The position numbers were made by a program, and so were the translations under genes. From the NCBI GenBank assembly GCA_963840035.1, contig CAWIXE010000002.1:896001-960000 (forward strand): DNA of 64,000 nt, written 5' to 3'. A model generated the notes under the pieces. The model was not told the origin of the DNA. It searched no databases and saw nothing but the letters and a program-made list of their open reading frames with translations. This stretch comes from a candidate division FCPU426 bacterium. Its GTDB lineage: Bacteria > Oederibacteriota > PGYV01 > Palsa-1178. Positions 20,850 to 31,859 of this stretch are shown piece by piece; the first letter of the stretch is position 1; each line of letters starts with the position of its first letter.

Positions 20850-21938
20850 TTATTTGTACTTGATTCTTGGATGTGGTAACCTACCTTTTGTTATTCGTGA
20901 ATAATATTGCGAATAATTTACAAGTTCCAAATCACGAATTAAAGGCACTTTCCCTTGATCTCTCAACATCTTTGCTTTATCGACTTCAAAACAAAAACTA
21001 AGTCCTAAATCAATACTTAGACACTTTTGCTCAATTCCAACACAACATCCGTTTTCAGTTATTACAGAATAACCACCAAGACTTTTCACCCGTTTACTCT
21101 TTTTTTCTATCAATCTAATATATTCTTCTTTAATATGTCCATTGAAATATATTTGGTTGTTAGCATTTAAAAACTGCAAGACGTTAAGTTGATCAACATC
21201 ATTTTGTTCCTTAATAACCACAATATCAGAATTTTTTTTGCCCACATTGTAAACTTTTGAATCATAAAGCATTATTGCTCTTGTCGGCGAAATCGGCAAA
21301 AACATTTGAAGTCCGGGAGTTTGAAATCCGGCATTGCCCGATGGAGAATTGTAGTTCTCAAGAAATTGATTATACCTAACGACCGGATGATCGGAAGTAA
21401 TAAAACATTTAGGCGTTTTATTGACCAATATCTTTAACTTAAGATCAAATATTTGTACCGCCGAAGTAAGCATAAAATTCATGTAATCTTTTGCCGGTTC
21501 ATCTGAACGCAATTCGTAATCATTACAGAACTGTATATATTGCAATTCAGTAAAACCTAGTAGACCTTTTATATATTTCTTGAAATATTCATCGAGCAAT
21601 CTTTCGTGATCGTTTACAGCTTTTAAAGTACGAGTTGTAAGTGTAAAAATATAGCATAGAAAATAACCATATTCTTCCGTATCGAAACTGATAACAGTAT
21701 TATTTTCAAATTGTTCAATAACTTTGCCAGCTTGACTTTCAAGCTTAGCCAACATTTTCTCAACATGCGAATCTTTACCATAAAAATAATCTTCATAAGC
21801 CTGATTATTCAGATCGGCTTCAGCAATAATTTTATTTGTTTTTTTTATATAAGTTCCAATGTGTGCTTTCCCCGCAGTAACAGCAAACATTCTAAGATGG
21901 GATTTATTAACATAATGCTGTTTTTTATTTTTGGGCAT
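20850..21938 (-). CDS. DUF4238 domain protein
   Basis: N-terminal KKQHYV..SHLR.F, FITSDHPVV, FLPISP. Confidence 0.8.
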   Translation of the reverse strand: MPKNKKQHYVNKSHLRMFAVTAGKAHIGTYIKKTNKIIAEADLNNQAYEDYFYGKDSHVEKMLAKLESQAGKVIEQFENNTVISFDTEEYGYFLCYIFTLTTRTLKAVNDHERLLDEYFKKYIKGLLGFTELQYIQFCNDYELRSDEPAKDYMNFMLTSAVQIFDLKLKILVNKTPKCFITSDHPVVRYNQFLENYNSPSGNAGFQTPGLQMFLPISPTRAIMLYDSKVYNVGKKNSDIVVIKEQNDVDQLNVLQFLNANNQIYFNGHIKEEYIRLIEKKSKRVKSLGGYSVITENGCCVGIEQKCLSIDLGLSFCFEVDKAKMLRDQGKVPLIRDLELVNYSQYYSRITKGRLPHPRIKYK

Positions 21939-22295
21939 ACTTTATTTTCCTGATAAGTCTATAATCAAACGTTTTTTTGAAGGAAAAATACACAAAACAA
22001 CAGGTATTATAATCAAAATAAAGGATCTGCTTTTCAACATAAATGTATCCTATCTCTTTGATGCATCTTTTGATTTACCTTTTTTCACGTTTTCGTCATC
22101 ATTTCCTTATATGACATGCTTCTGAGCGTCTTTCAATAACTGCACAAATTTGTATCTGAGCTATTCTTCGCCATTGTACAAAGCTACATTTTGTTATCTT
22201 AATCGTTTATTTTTTTAAAATAGAATCATGAATCAGGATCTGACACATTCTATTCTTCTATTCCCTCCTCTAATTTTAAAATTAATAAAAACCAA

Positions 22296-23216
22296 CTATT
22301 TCATAACGAATTTTGATGGGTCTTTTGGATTTTGACATATTTTACTATTTATATTTAGATATCTATTTAATAAACCAATCAATCTAATTAATTCACTATT
22401 TTCAATAGAATCTAGAGCAAAAAGCTTATAAATTTTTGATCCTAGCGTTGTTATTTTGACCAAAGTTGGATTAATGGTATCAGGACTATTAAATGGATTC
22501 CCTTGATAACCACAGACTACACCGTATTGACAAAGTTCAAATAATTCGGCGTATAACGAGACGACTTCGGAATCAATGACAAAATGACCATCCCGCTGAT
22601 AGCTTAATGCTGAAAAAATACCATTGCCTTCTTCAAGTCGATCTATTAATTTGCTTTTAAACAAAGCAATTAAACAAAATTCGCTGAACGTAAATTCATC
22701 AAACATTTTAATAAAACGATAGACTTCGTTTTGATTGGAAATTGACATGTCATTAGAGATATTGATAAACAATTTTTCAAGCAAAGTATACTTTCTGCTG
22801 TCAGTTGCACGCTTAATTCTGTCATAAAAAATATCAATGATACCAATAGCAGCGCTTTGCTCGCTGAAGATAGGGTTTACTTTTTCATTTTTGTTAGACT
22901 TCATTTGTTTTAAAACTTGTTCATTAAAAGCTGAAATTCTTTCTTTTTCTTGTACATTAATCAATTGCTTGAAATAATTCGTTTTCGCCTCAATCATGCA
23001 CTGAATTAAATCATTACCAAAAATAATTACATTTATCGCAGTTTTCATTTTACTTTCCGGCATAAATTCTAATGCATCTTTAAGTCTTTCTACTAAAAGA
23101 TCAATATTTCGTTTTATAACTCCAACTGAAAGCAATTTTTTTAACAATACAACAAACGCATAACACAAAAGAAGTAAAATATAAGTATCTAAATAATTCG
23201 AATTTATCAAACCCAA
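22296..23216 (-). CDS. Hypothetical protein, possibly DUF4393/Abi-alpha-like with C-terminal wHTH
   Basis: 306-aa ORF starting 37 bp after the res stop; LCQYGVV...ITTLGSKI pattern; family call is tentative. Confidence 0.55.
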   Translation of the reverse strand: MGLINSNYLDTYILLLLCYAFVVLLKKLLSVGVIKRNIDLLVERLKDALEFMPESKMKTAINVIIFGNDLIQCMIEAKTNYFKQLINVQEKERISAFNEQVLKQMKSNKNEKVNPIFSEQSAAIGIIDIFYDRIKRATDSRKYTLLEKLFINISNDMSISNQNEVYRFIKMFDEFTFSEFCLIALFKSKLIDRLEEGNGIFSALSYQRDGHFVIDSEVVSLYAELFELCQYGVVCGYQGNPFNSPDTINPTLVKITTLGSKIYKLFALDSIENSELIRLIGLLNRYLNINSKICQNPKDPSKFVMK

Positions 23217-23252
23217 ATATCTCCAGTATAAATTTAATATTATTAAGTGTTG

Positions 23253-26200
23253 TTATCTGTTTATAGTTTCTACAAATTCAGCAATGATAGCAAACTCATT
23301 TTCTTCAGCATTAGGTATAATAATTGATGCATATGCTGGATTTATAGGTTCTAAAATGATCTCTTTGTGTTCCCAAGTCTCATCCGCTTTTTCGACTTTT
23401 TTTCTTGTGTATTTTTTTACAGTATATGTTCCACCTGTTTCAGGATCAGAAATACTATTATGTTGGACTAATACTATTTTACCTTGCCTGCTTCCAATGA
23501 CATTAGATCTAAACAGACAGTAATCTCCGTCGTGAATTCTGGGCTCCATTGAATGACCTAGTACTTTAGAAACAAACATTGTTTTATCTATTGTTTTAGA
23601 AACAATCTTTGTCCATCCTTTGGGTTCAGCAGGTACACTGTTGCCAAATAATCCACAAGCTGCTTCCAATTCATAAACAGGCACAAACTGAGTGTATTGC
23701 AATTCAGCACTTACTTCCGGCAAGATAACAAAATTTTCCTTAGACTCAGTTATATATTCAGTACCAACAATTGAAAAATCACCTTCTCTTTCCATTTGTT
23801 CGATAGTGTACTCTTTCGTGCTTTGGTTTATAGGAGTAAGATTTATTTGATATTCTGGCAGAAGCGTATTCTTGCTTTTTTTCTCTTGCATTTCAAATTT
23901 ACGGATTGTACAACAAGGATCATATTCATTGTCATCAAATTTAACTTTTTTGCTATAGACTAAGCATACTTGATTTTTTATATTTTCTGTATCAAAAGAT
24001 GAATCAAATATTATCCAGTCATTATTAGATTTCAAGGGATAAAGTGCTTCACCTTTAATTTGTATTGCAAAAACAGTTTCTGGGTATTTCTCGGTTTTTT
24101 CTGGAACCGATAGCCACGAATCACTTTTAGCAGTTTTATTTTCTTTAATAAACTTTTTATACGCGTTTATGGGTGAGTACACAGGAATATATTTAACAAA
24201 ACGCAATTCTTCCGGTGCATCCTCCAATAAATACTGCTTGTCATGTTGTTTTTTTAATGATTTTTCAGCTTGACTAATCAATTTTGCAAAATCCCATTTT
24301 TCTCTTTGAGCTATATCCATTTGTTGTGAATAGACCAATGCACTTTTATATCCTGGTATCTGATCCAATCTTTGAAGCAGAACACTTTTTTTAGTATCAG
24401 AAAATATCTCACCTTTTGTTTCAACAACATATATAACATCATTAAAGCCAATAATAAAATCAGGATAATATTTTTTGGATCCATAACTGAAATGTATTTG
24501 TCTTTGATTTCTAATCCAGAATAAATTAGCATTATCTTTTTCTTTATAAAGATAATCATTAACTATGTCTGCTAATTGTTTTTCAGGAAAAGAATCAAAA
24601 CTATTATAATCATATATAGCTTTCTCGTAGCCAAAAAAACTGTAGCCCGAACTAACTAAATTCAATATTTTGGCACTGTCAAACTTCTTCCATTTTTCAT
24701 TATTAATCTGATCTTCTGGAATTTTCATTTCATATTCTCTAAAAGTATTAATTAAATTATAAGCCTCGTCACTTTTGACCTCTCTAAAATCAATACTAAA
24801 ATAATTTTTTTCAATGTGATTTCTATAAAAGTGACTGAACGAATCAACAAATAAATTCATAGCAAGTTTGTCATCCGAATCTGTTAACTTATAGTATTGC
24901 AGTCCAATTCCATTTAATTTTTCTAAATACAAACTAAAAGCATTTTTAGTATACGCAGTGTCTGGTAAACAATGCAAATTTTTCATCGCCCTACCATAAA
25001 CTTGTTTTAATTCTTTATCAGCAAACTTCAAAATACCTATAGTTCCTCCACTTTGTTGCAACTGTTTGTGGAATTCCTTTTCATCTGCAAAAATATCAAC
25101 TTCTAAGAAAAATGTATCCGGTTTATACTTAATAAACTTTTTTATATCCGATTTTTGATCATGAAAACAATTTTCTTCTAAAAAAGAATTCGTAATTGTT
25201 TCAACATCGTTAACAAGCGGTAACAAAGCAATATTTTCTTTAACTTTAAAATCAGCTCGTATATGCGGTATGTATTTTTGATTGAGTAATTCTTTCTTAA
25301 CTTTATTAGTAATGCTTTTTCTCGGTTTGTCAGAACTAATATATTTATCCGTTAAACCGAATTCTTTTTGAATTGCAAGTATCTGTTCTTCGAAATTTTT
25401 CCCTTGATCACAGACGATATGTAACATTTCTGTTTGCTTTAAAATTGAATTTTCTGATTCATCAAATTCCCTAACGTTTTTGCTTAGTCGAACACCTCTG
25501 CCAATAATTTGTTTTACAGAAGTTTTAAAGTCGGAAGCCGTGTCTTTAATTACAGCCATTGTATAAATATTTGGGATATCGATGCCTTCATCTAATCGTT
25601 GCATATATACAACAATTTCTGTATCGTTGTATTTTATTTCTCTAAATTTCTTTTCAGTTTCTTTATCCGACTCGCCATAATAGAATATTGTTGTTTGTGC
25701 AATATGATTAATTTCTTGCCTGAGTTTCGAAATACTAGAATTAAAATCACCTTTGAACATTTGAATTAGCAACTCAGTAATATTTAACTCTTGATCTTTC
25801 AATTTATCCAAAATTATTTCGATATTTTCAATATCTGCAGATAACTCATTAATAATATATTTATATATTTTCTCAGTGAATATTGTATCGTCTTTAACTT
25901 TTATAAACGAGATAGGTTTCAAATTTGCAATTTTGTTATCCATAGCGATCGCTTTCTTCTTCAAAATATGAATTAGAAATAGTGTGATTATTTTGAACTT
26001 TTCCGATTGAGCAATTTCTTCATTTTTTCTTTTCTTTTCTTCAGGCATTAAGGCAACAGCTCTAACGAGTTTTCCATAACCATCTTCCAGGAAATGTTTA
26101 ATATCGTATTTATATACCACGGTTTGATTTCTTTTTTCATCTCCGGAATCATCTTCAATTGCTGTAGCGGTATATTCCAAAACTAGATCCGGGTGAAAAC

Positions 26201-26972
26201 TCATGATGATTTCCTTAGATTTTCTATTCTGCGCATGATGTGCTTCATCCGTTATAATTACAAGTTTCTTATTTTTCAAATATTGTTTAATACTAATATT
26301 ATTCCCGTCTTCATCTTTCCACTTAGCAGATTCCCATGTTTTAGAGGTGTTAGTTGCATTAGTTCCAAATTTTGATATATTAAAAATGAAAACATTAGCG
26401 TCCTTATCTTCATTAAAAAACAGATCTTGCGAATAGTTATCGCCTGTTACTAAATTAAATGTAAACGGAGTGTCATCAGCCCAAACAGAATCATAATTCC
26501 CTATTTGAAAATTTCTTATTGTCTTTTCATAAATATCCGTTGATGCTGGTGTAATAATAAGAAAATTCTTAATATTATATTTTTTATTTAATAGGTATAT
26601 TGCCGCTCCCATAAGCATTGTTTTTCCAGAACCTGTTGCCATTTCGAATCCCAAAAACGGTGACATTTTTTTTGAATCGATATCAACAATTTCCAACAAA
26701 TGATTAATATGTTCAATTATTCGATGATTTGGAATGTTTGTTTTAAAAAACATTTCAGCCTGAGATGTAGCAAATATATAATCCAAAATATACAATGCAT
26801 CTTTTTGATACTGTCTAAGTGGATGTTTTGTGATACCTGTTTCTAGCGTATTAAAAATAGAATATGTATTTTGGGAAAACAATTCCGTTTGTGCATTATT
26901 ATATCCGCCCAAAATTTCCACTAATTTGTCTTTATATCTTTCATAATACGTATACTTATTTTTATTTTTCAT
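23253..26972 (-). CDS. res: Type III restriction Res subunit (SF2 helicase + PD-(D/E)xK) fused to two S24/LexA-like domains
   Basis: FEMATGSGKT, DEAHH, LDEGIDIPNI, QIIGRGVRL, YYPDFI...VETKG; C-terminal VPVYELEAACG...GHSMEPRI.DGD...YTVKKY. Confidence 0.88.
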   Translation of the reverse strand: MKNKNKYTYYERYKDKLVEILGGYNNAQTELFSQNTYSIFNTLETGITKHPLRQYQKDALYILDYIFATSQAEMFFKTNIPNHRIIEHINHLLEIVDIDSKKMSPFLGFEMATGSGKTMLMGAAIYLLNKKYNIKNFLIITPASTDIYEKTIRNFQIGNYDSVWADDTPFTFNLVTGDNYSQDLFFNEDKDANVFIFNISKFGTNATNTSKTWESAKWKDEDGNNISIKQYLKNKKLVIITDEAHHAQNRKSKEIIMSFHPDLVLEYTATAIEDDSGDEKRNQTVVYKYDIKHFLEDGYGKLVRAVALMPEEKKRKNEEIAQSEKFKIITLFLIHILKKKAIAMDNKIANLKPISFIKVKDDTIFTEKIYKYIINELSADIENIEIILDKLKDQELNITELLIQMFKGDFNSSISKLRQEINHIAQTTIFYYGESDKETEKKFREIKYNDTEIVVYMQRLDEGIDIPNIYTMAVIKDTASDFKTSVKQIIGRGVRLSKNVREFDESENSILKQTEMLHIVCDQGKNFEEQILAIQKEFGLTDKYISSDKPRKSITNKVKKELLNQKYIPHIRADFKVKENIALLPLVNDVETITNSFLEENCFHDQKSDIKKFIKYKPDTFFLEVDIFADEKEFHKQLQQSGGTIGILKFADKELKQVYGRAMKNLHCLPDTAYTKNAFSLYLEKLNGIGLQYYKLTDSDDKLAMNLFVDSFSHFYRNHIEKNYFSIDFREVKSDEAYNLINTFREYEMKIPEDQINNEKWKKFDSAKILNLVSSGYSFFGYEKAIYDYNSFDSFPEKQLADIVNDYLYKEKDNANLFWIRNQRQIHFSYGSKKYYPDFIIGFNDVIYVVETKGEIFSDTKKSVLLQRLDQIPGYKSALVYSQQMDIAQREKWDFAKLISQAEKSLKKQHDKQYLLEDAPEELRFVKYIPVYSPINAYKKFIKENKTAKSDSWLSVPEKTEKYPETVFAIQIKGEALYPLKSNNDWIIFDSSFDTENIKNQVCLVYSKKVKFDDNEYDPCCTIRKFEMQEKKSKNTLLPEYQINLTPINQSTKEYTIEQMEREGDFSIVGTEYITESKENFVILPEVSAELQYTQFVPVYELEAACGLFGNSVPAEPKGWTKIVSKTIDKTMFVSKVLGHSMEPRIHDGDYCLFRSNVIGSRQGKIVLVQHNSISDPETGGTYTVKKYTRKKVEKADETWEHKEIILEPINPAYASIIIPNAEENEFAIIAEFVETINR

Positions 26973-28904
26973 TTATTTTTCCAACTCCACCATAATAGCA
27001 TGTGGTACTTTAATTATTTCAAGATAATCTGGTTTAGATTCAAAAGCAATATCAACACCTCGGTTAGTAAAAATATCTATCGAATCCGGATTGAATTTAC
27101 TCTTTATTCTAGTAATAATGTCTTGTATATATTCATACTTAATCGTCTCAAGATTCTCATCTTTTTCTACAATACTGACCAAAGCTATCCTCGATCGCGC
27201 ACCTATGTGCTGAATTCCTATTTTAAAATCCATTTCACAATCTTTAAATAGATCTGTATGTTCTAAATTAGAAACATCGAGTAACTGATAGTCATAAGAT
27301 GTTAATAGTGATTCTTCTATGTGCGATGTACTTAAATTCCAATTAAAATCAATTTGCGAATTTTTGTTAAATCTAATGATCGATTCGCCTAGCGCATAGT
27401 AACTAAATCCTCCACCCCCATTCCACTTTACATTTTCTGTTATACCAGTGTCATCGGATCCATCTATAACAGATTTTAATCTTGGTATAATGTGTGTATC
27501 TGCGTGATCTCCAATCTCAACCCCGATCCAATTCATATTCATTTTATGCGCAACTGCAAGTGTAGTACCTGATCCAGCAAAACAATCTAAAACAATCTCG
27601 CCTTTTTTTGCCCCCGAAATTTCTATAATCCTTTTAACGAGCTTTTCAGGTTTCTTACTTTCCTTGAATTTAACTCCACCTTCATTTGATATGCCGTTGT
27701 ATGGAATATCCGTCCAAATATTAGTAAGCTGTTTTGTTGGCACTTGCTTTCCATCAATAGACTTAACCTTGCTGGAATAAAAATATATCTGTCTTCCATT
27801 CATTACATAAATTTCTTTATCTGTTCTATCGACCTTGAATATTTCCATCTCTTTTTCTTTTGACTTTTCTCTTGTTTCCACTATCTTTACTCCGGCATCA
27901 TCAGCAATTGCTGTAAGTTGAAACACCGACCTTGAATTCTTAAGTGCAAATTCTGCAATTTCAGACATAAAGTCAAGTTTCCCTATTTTTCCTACTGCAT
28001 CTTTAACTGAATTAAAACCTTTCAACTTTGCATAATATTCTTTAACGGGTTCTATTTTCCACTTTTTGTAATCGGAATCAATATTTACTACAATTTTACT
28101 ATAGCCTTCATCGTAATCACATTCTATATAACTTGTTTCATATTTATAGCATGTCTTATCTTTCGCATACATTAAAATATACTCAGCAGAGTCATATGGT
28201 GAAGGATTTACAGTTTTCAGACCAGACGGATCTGATGTTTTCACTGTGAAGATGTTAACAAAATTGTTTTTTCCAAATAGTTCATCTAGTAAGACTTTTA
28301 TATGAAATAAATTTTTTTGATCTAATTGAATACACAATGTACCTTCTTTTTTTAACAATTCATGCAAAATTACTAAACGGTCTCGCATTAGTGTCAACCA
28401 TTCTGATTGTGCTAAGTTGTCATCATAATGCTCGAAAGCTTGTCCCGTATTATAAGGCGGATCAATATAGATGCATTTTACTTTTTCTTGTTCATCTAAA
28501 TTTGAAAACTTCTTCTTCAAAGAATTCAGCGCTAATAAATTATCGCCTTTAATAAGAATATTTTTTTGTAGAGAATCTTCCTTTTTTTCTTCTACAACTT
28601 TATATACATTATTTTTGCCTATTGAACCATTTTTACTGCTAGTATAAACAAAGTATGTTTTATTATGAATTAATGGTCTTGCCTCTTTAATTCTTATGTC
28701 GCTTCTATTAACCCAATAAGGTGTTCTGCCCTTTCCAATTTCAGAATTGATTTCATAAAAAAGCGATTCATCTTTATTTACCCAATCAATCACAGGCGCT
28801 TGAACATCAGATTTTATCAGCTCATCTTTCTGTTTACTCAACATTATAGCTTTTTGTTTATTGTACCATTCTAACGAAAGAGATCCTTTATAACTTTTAG
28901 ACAT
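26973..28904 (-). CDS. mod: Type III Mod adenine DNA methyltransferase (beta class)
   Basis: LIKGDNL, IYIDPPYNTG, KKPEKL, VLDCFAGSGTT; its stop abuts the res start. Confidence 0.92.
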   Translation of the reverse strand: MSKSYKGSLSLEWYNKQKAIMLSKQKDELIKSDVQAPVIDWVNKDESLFYEINSEIGKGRTPYWVNRSDIRIKEARPLIHNKTYFVYTSSKNGSIGKNNVYKVVEEKKEDSLQKNILIKGDNLLALNSLKKKFSNLDEQEKVKCIYIDPPYNTGQAFEHYDDNLAQSEWLTLMRDRLVILHELLKKEGTLCIQLDQKNLFHIKVLLDELFGKNNFVNIFTVKTSDPSGLKTVNPSPYDSAEYILMYAKDKTCYKYETSYIECDYDEGYSKIVVNIDSDYKKWKIEPVKEYYAKLKGFNSVKDAVGKIGKLDFMSEIAEFALKNSRSVFQLTAIADDAGVKIVETREKSKEKEMEIFKVDRTDKEIYVMNGRQIYFYSSKVKSIDGKQVPTKQLTNIWTDIPYNGISNEGGVKFKESKKPEKLVKRIIEISGAKKGEIVLDCFAGSGTTLAVAHKMNMNWIGVEIGDHADTHIIPRLKSVIDGSDDTGITENVKWNGGGGFSYYALGESIIRFNKNSQIDFNWNLSTSHIEESLLTSYDYQLLDVSNLEHTDLFKDCEMDFKIGIQHIGARSRIALVSIVEKDENLETIKYEYIQDIITRIKSKFNPDSIDIFTNRGVDIAFESKPDYLEIIKVPHAIMVELEK

Positions 28905-28914
28905 TTTTTCACTC

Positions 28915-31635
28915 CTATTTGTTTTTAAACCTACAAACGCAATCCGGCTTGTTACACGAATGGTCTAATTCGTTCTTTCGTATTGCATTTGCAGCATCAA
29001 TAATTTTCACTTTCATCTTATTAAGATCTTTTGATGTTAATTCGTTTTTAAAAGGCTCATTTTTATCCAAATTATATATTTCTAAAAAATCTGCATTTTC
29101 TCCGGTTAATTCTTTATAACCCAGAGCATATAACTGTAGCTGATCTATTGATGCATTATATGCCTGGGCATCTTCAGTTGATTTAAAATCAATAATTGTC
29201 TTTTCAAATGTGCCATCAACATTTTTACGCTTTATTAAGTCCATTTTACCATTAACTAGAATTCCATCTCCCAAATCAACCTGTATCTCTTTTTCTGCAA
29301 ACTCAATATGCTGAAATTCTTTCGAATTCTTGTCAAAATATATCTTTAACGATTCTTCGGCTCTTTGTGACATTTCTGCAATCATTTTATCCGTGGCGTA
29401 TGGAAAGTTCTTATGCCTATTCAATAATTCCGATAATTGATCTTTACTAATAACCTTCCCTGCAAGTGTTTCTTTGTGAAGTTCCATTAACGAGTTATGA
29501 ATAGCTGAACCGAAGCCCATTCTGGCGCCTCTTGGTGGCTGAAAACCGTAAAAAGTCCAGAATTTAAAACTATATGGACAATCAAAATATGACTTTAACA
29601 ACGAAAAATTTAAAGCAATATTTGCAGTCTCTATCGATGGTCTCGGTATAGTTTTTTCTCTTTCTGACCAGTTCCTTTCCAGGGATTGCATTACAAAGTC
29701 TGAAGTTCTTATTTCCGACCCAAAGATTGATTCTTTTTGTTGTTGTTTCCCGTCAGGTGCTCTAGAAACAATCAAAAACTTTTTGGATCTAGTAATTGCA
29801 ACATACATCAATCTACGCTCATCTTCTACATGAGGAAAATATCTGTCATAGTCCCGGATCAATGCCTTATCAATGAAGTGCCAGACTTGCTTTCCAGTCG
29901 GTTGACTAGTTGGAAGATAGTTCTTATTTAATCCAGGAATAAAAACAACAGGAAATTCAAGCCCTTTTGCCTGATACACAGTCATTATCTGTACCGCATT
30001 AGGCGTTTTATATGAATTATTCATCCAGCCTTCTGGATAGTAATCTTCAGCAGAGTATTTTAAAAAATTTAAGAAGGTATCTAGTTTATACGCAGGATTT
30101 GACGTTTTAAAATATACAGTTTCAAAATCATTAATTATCTGGCTAAACATTCCCAAATTATAGAATACGATTTCGTTGTTTCCATATCCACTTGCAGTAT
30201 GCGAATCAACAACAAAAGCCTCTTCACGTACCCCTGCTTTATCCAAAAAATCCATATATATTTCTTGAATATTGAACCGTTCATAATATGTGTCTCTATT
30301 TGGCACTTTTTTATTAAGCTGATTAATTGCTTGATCCAGGTCAGCATCTTGAATCCTATCCGATAATTCCTTCCAATGATGTTTTAATACTTCTTTATCA
30401 ATTTCTTCATTCAGATATTGAAAGATTGCTTTTGCAGCCCTGGCTTCAGGCCTCTGGAACAAATTATTTACTCCAGTGACGATAAAAGGTATGTTTTCGT
30501 GTTGTAATGTTTCTATAATTGCCTCAGCTTTCTTCCATTTACGAAGCAAGATTACAAAATCCGAATAGTCTAACCCTCGCTCTTCAGAATCTTCTTTATC
30601 ATTGAATTTAGTTCCTCTTAAATTTCTTATCGATTTAACAATAAAATCATTTTCACTTGCCACATCATTAAACTGGTTATAAATAATATCGCCTCTTTCA
30701 TATTTTTGAAAACCCTCTGCATTCATTGTTTTTGCAAGGCGATTAGTGTTATTTGTAATTACTTTTAATGCAACATCCACAATAGCGCCAGAGCTTCTGA
30801 AATTATCCTGCAATGGAACATAATCTACATTTTTATAACGATCTCTAAAATTTCTTATAAATTCAATATGCGATCCACGCCACTGAAAAATTGTTTGATC
30901 ATCATCTCCGACAACGCAAACATTAGCCCCCATCAGGTACAGCTGTTCAACAATCTGCTCCTGAACGGGATTTACATCCTGATATTCATCAACAATCAGA
31001 TATCCAATATTCTCGGCGATTTTTTGTTTGAACACATCATCATTCTTGATGTGCTCCAGAGCTTTAGTCATAATCATTGTAAAATCCATGTATGCATGAT
31101 CCATTAAAACTTTTTCATATTTTTCTTTTGAATCAAGAATATTTTGCGGTATAACTGCCCCCGGAACAAAATCAGATTCACGTACGATTCCCATCAATTG
31201 AATGAAATGACCGGTATCTTTAAAACGCTCCATATTTAGATCTTTCATGCCAATATTTCCAAAACTCCTATCAACAAAAAGTTTAAGTTTTACCTCATCT
31301 AAAACAGAAAATTTCTGGAACTCGTACTTATTTTGCTGAAGAATATTTAGACACCAGGAATGGATCGTTCCAACGTACATTTCAGCGATACCTGCAATTT
31401 CAGGTGCTTGTTCTCTACAAAGCTTCAAAATTCTTGCTTGTAGTTCTCCCGCTGCTTTTTCTGTATAGGTAAACGCGATAATTTTTGATGGACTAATTCC
31501 GCTTTTCAAAATGCTTATAATTCGCTGCGAAATAACCTGCGTTTTTCCCGAACCAGCGCAGGCAATTATTTGAAGCGCTTTATCAATAGTGTTGTAAGCT
31601 CGCTCTTGATCTTTAGTGTATTTTGGAATGGACAT
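28915..31635 (-). CDS. UvrD/REP-family helicase with C-terminal PD-(D/E)xK (AddB/Cas4-like) nuclease
   Basis: ACAGSGKT, VDEYQD, VGDDDQTIFQWRG, NFRS, AKGLEF, ERRLMYVAITR; C-terminal DCP...GKMDLI...IIDFKS...QLQLY...C..C.C. Confidence 0.9.
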   Translation of the reverse strand: MSIPKYTKDQERAYNTIDKALQIIACAGSGKTQVISQRIISILKSGISPSKIIAFTYTEKAAGELQARILKLCREQAPEIAGIAEMYVGTIHSWCLNILQQNKYEFQKFSVLDEVKLKLFVDRSFGNIGMKDLNMERFKDTGHFIQLMGIVRESDFVPGAVIPQNILDSKEKYEKVLMDHAYMDFTMIMTKALEHIKNDDVFKQKIAENIGYLIVDEYQDVNPVQEQIVEQLYLMGANVCVVGDDDQTIFQWRGSHIEFIRNFRDRYKNVDYVPLQDNFRSSGAIVDVALKVITNNTNRLAKTMNAEGFQKYERGDIIYNQFNDVASENDFIVKSIRNLRGTKFNDKEDSEERGLDYSDFVILLRKWKKAEAIIETLQHENIPFIVTGVNNLFQRPEARAAKAIFQYLNEEIDKEVLKHHWKELSDRIQDADLDQAINQLNKKVPNRDTYYERFNIQEIYMDFLDKAGVREEAFVVDSHTASGYGNNEIVFYNLGMFSQIINDFETVYFKTSNPAYKLDTFLNFLKYSAEDYYPEGWMNNSYKTPNAVQIMTVYQAKGLEFPVVFIPGLNKNYLPTSQPTGKQVWHFIDKALIRDYDRYFPHVEDERRLMYVAITRSKKFLIVSRAPDGKQQQKESIFGSEIRTSDFVMQSLERNWSEREKTIPRPSIETANIALNFSLLKSYFDCPYSFKFWTFYGFQPPRGARMGFGSAIHNSLMELHKETLAGKVISKDQLSELLNRHKNFPYATDKMIAEMSQRAEESLKIYFDKNSKEFQHIEFAEKEIQVDLGDGILVNGKMDLIKRKNVDGTFEKTIIDFKSTEDAQAYNASIDQLQLYALGYKELTGENADFLEIYNLDKNEPFKNELTSKDLNKMKVKIIDAANAIRKNELDHSCNKPDCVCRFKNK

Positions 31636-31859
31636 CTTACTCCCTGGGTATTTACCCCTACGCCTAAAATAAGACTTTAATGAACAGAATTATTACCTTT
31701 TACATTATCAAACAATTAACTTTAACATACCTTTTCAAATAGTTCTAGTACTTGTTCAAATTCCCAACACCGTGCCTTGACTCAAGACATTATACTAAAT
31801 TTCATTATATTTTATTAGTATTATATTTATAATTGCATAAATAACGCACATTTATTACT

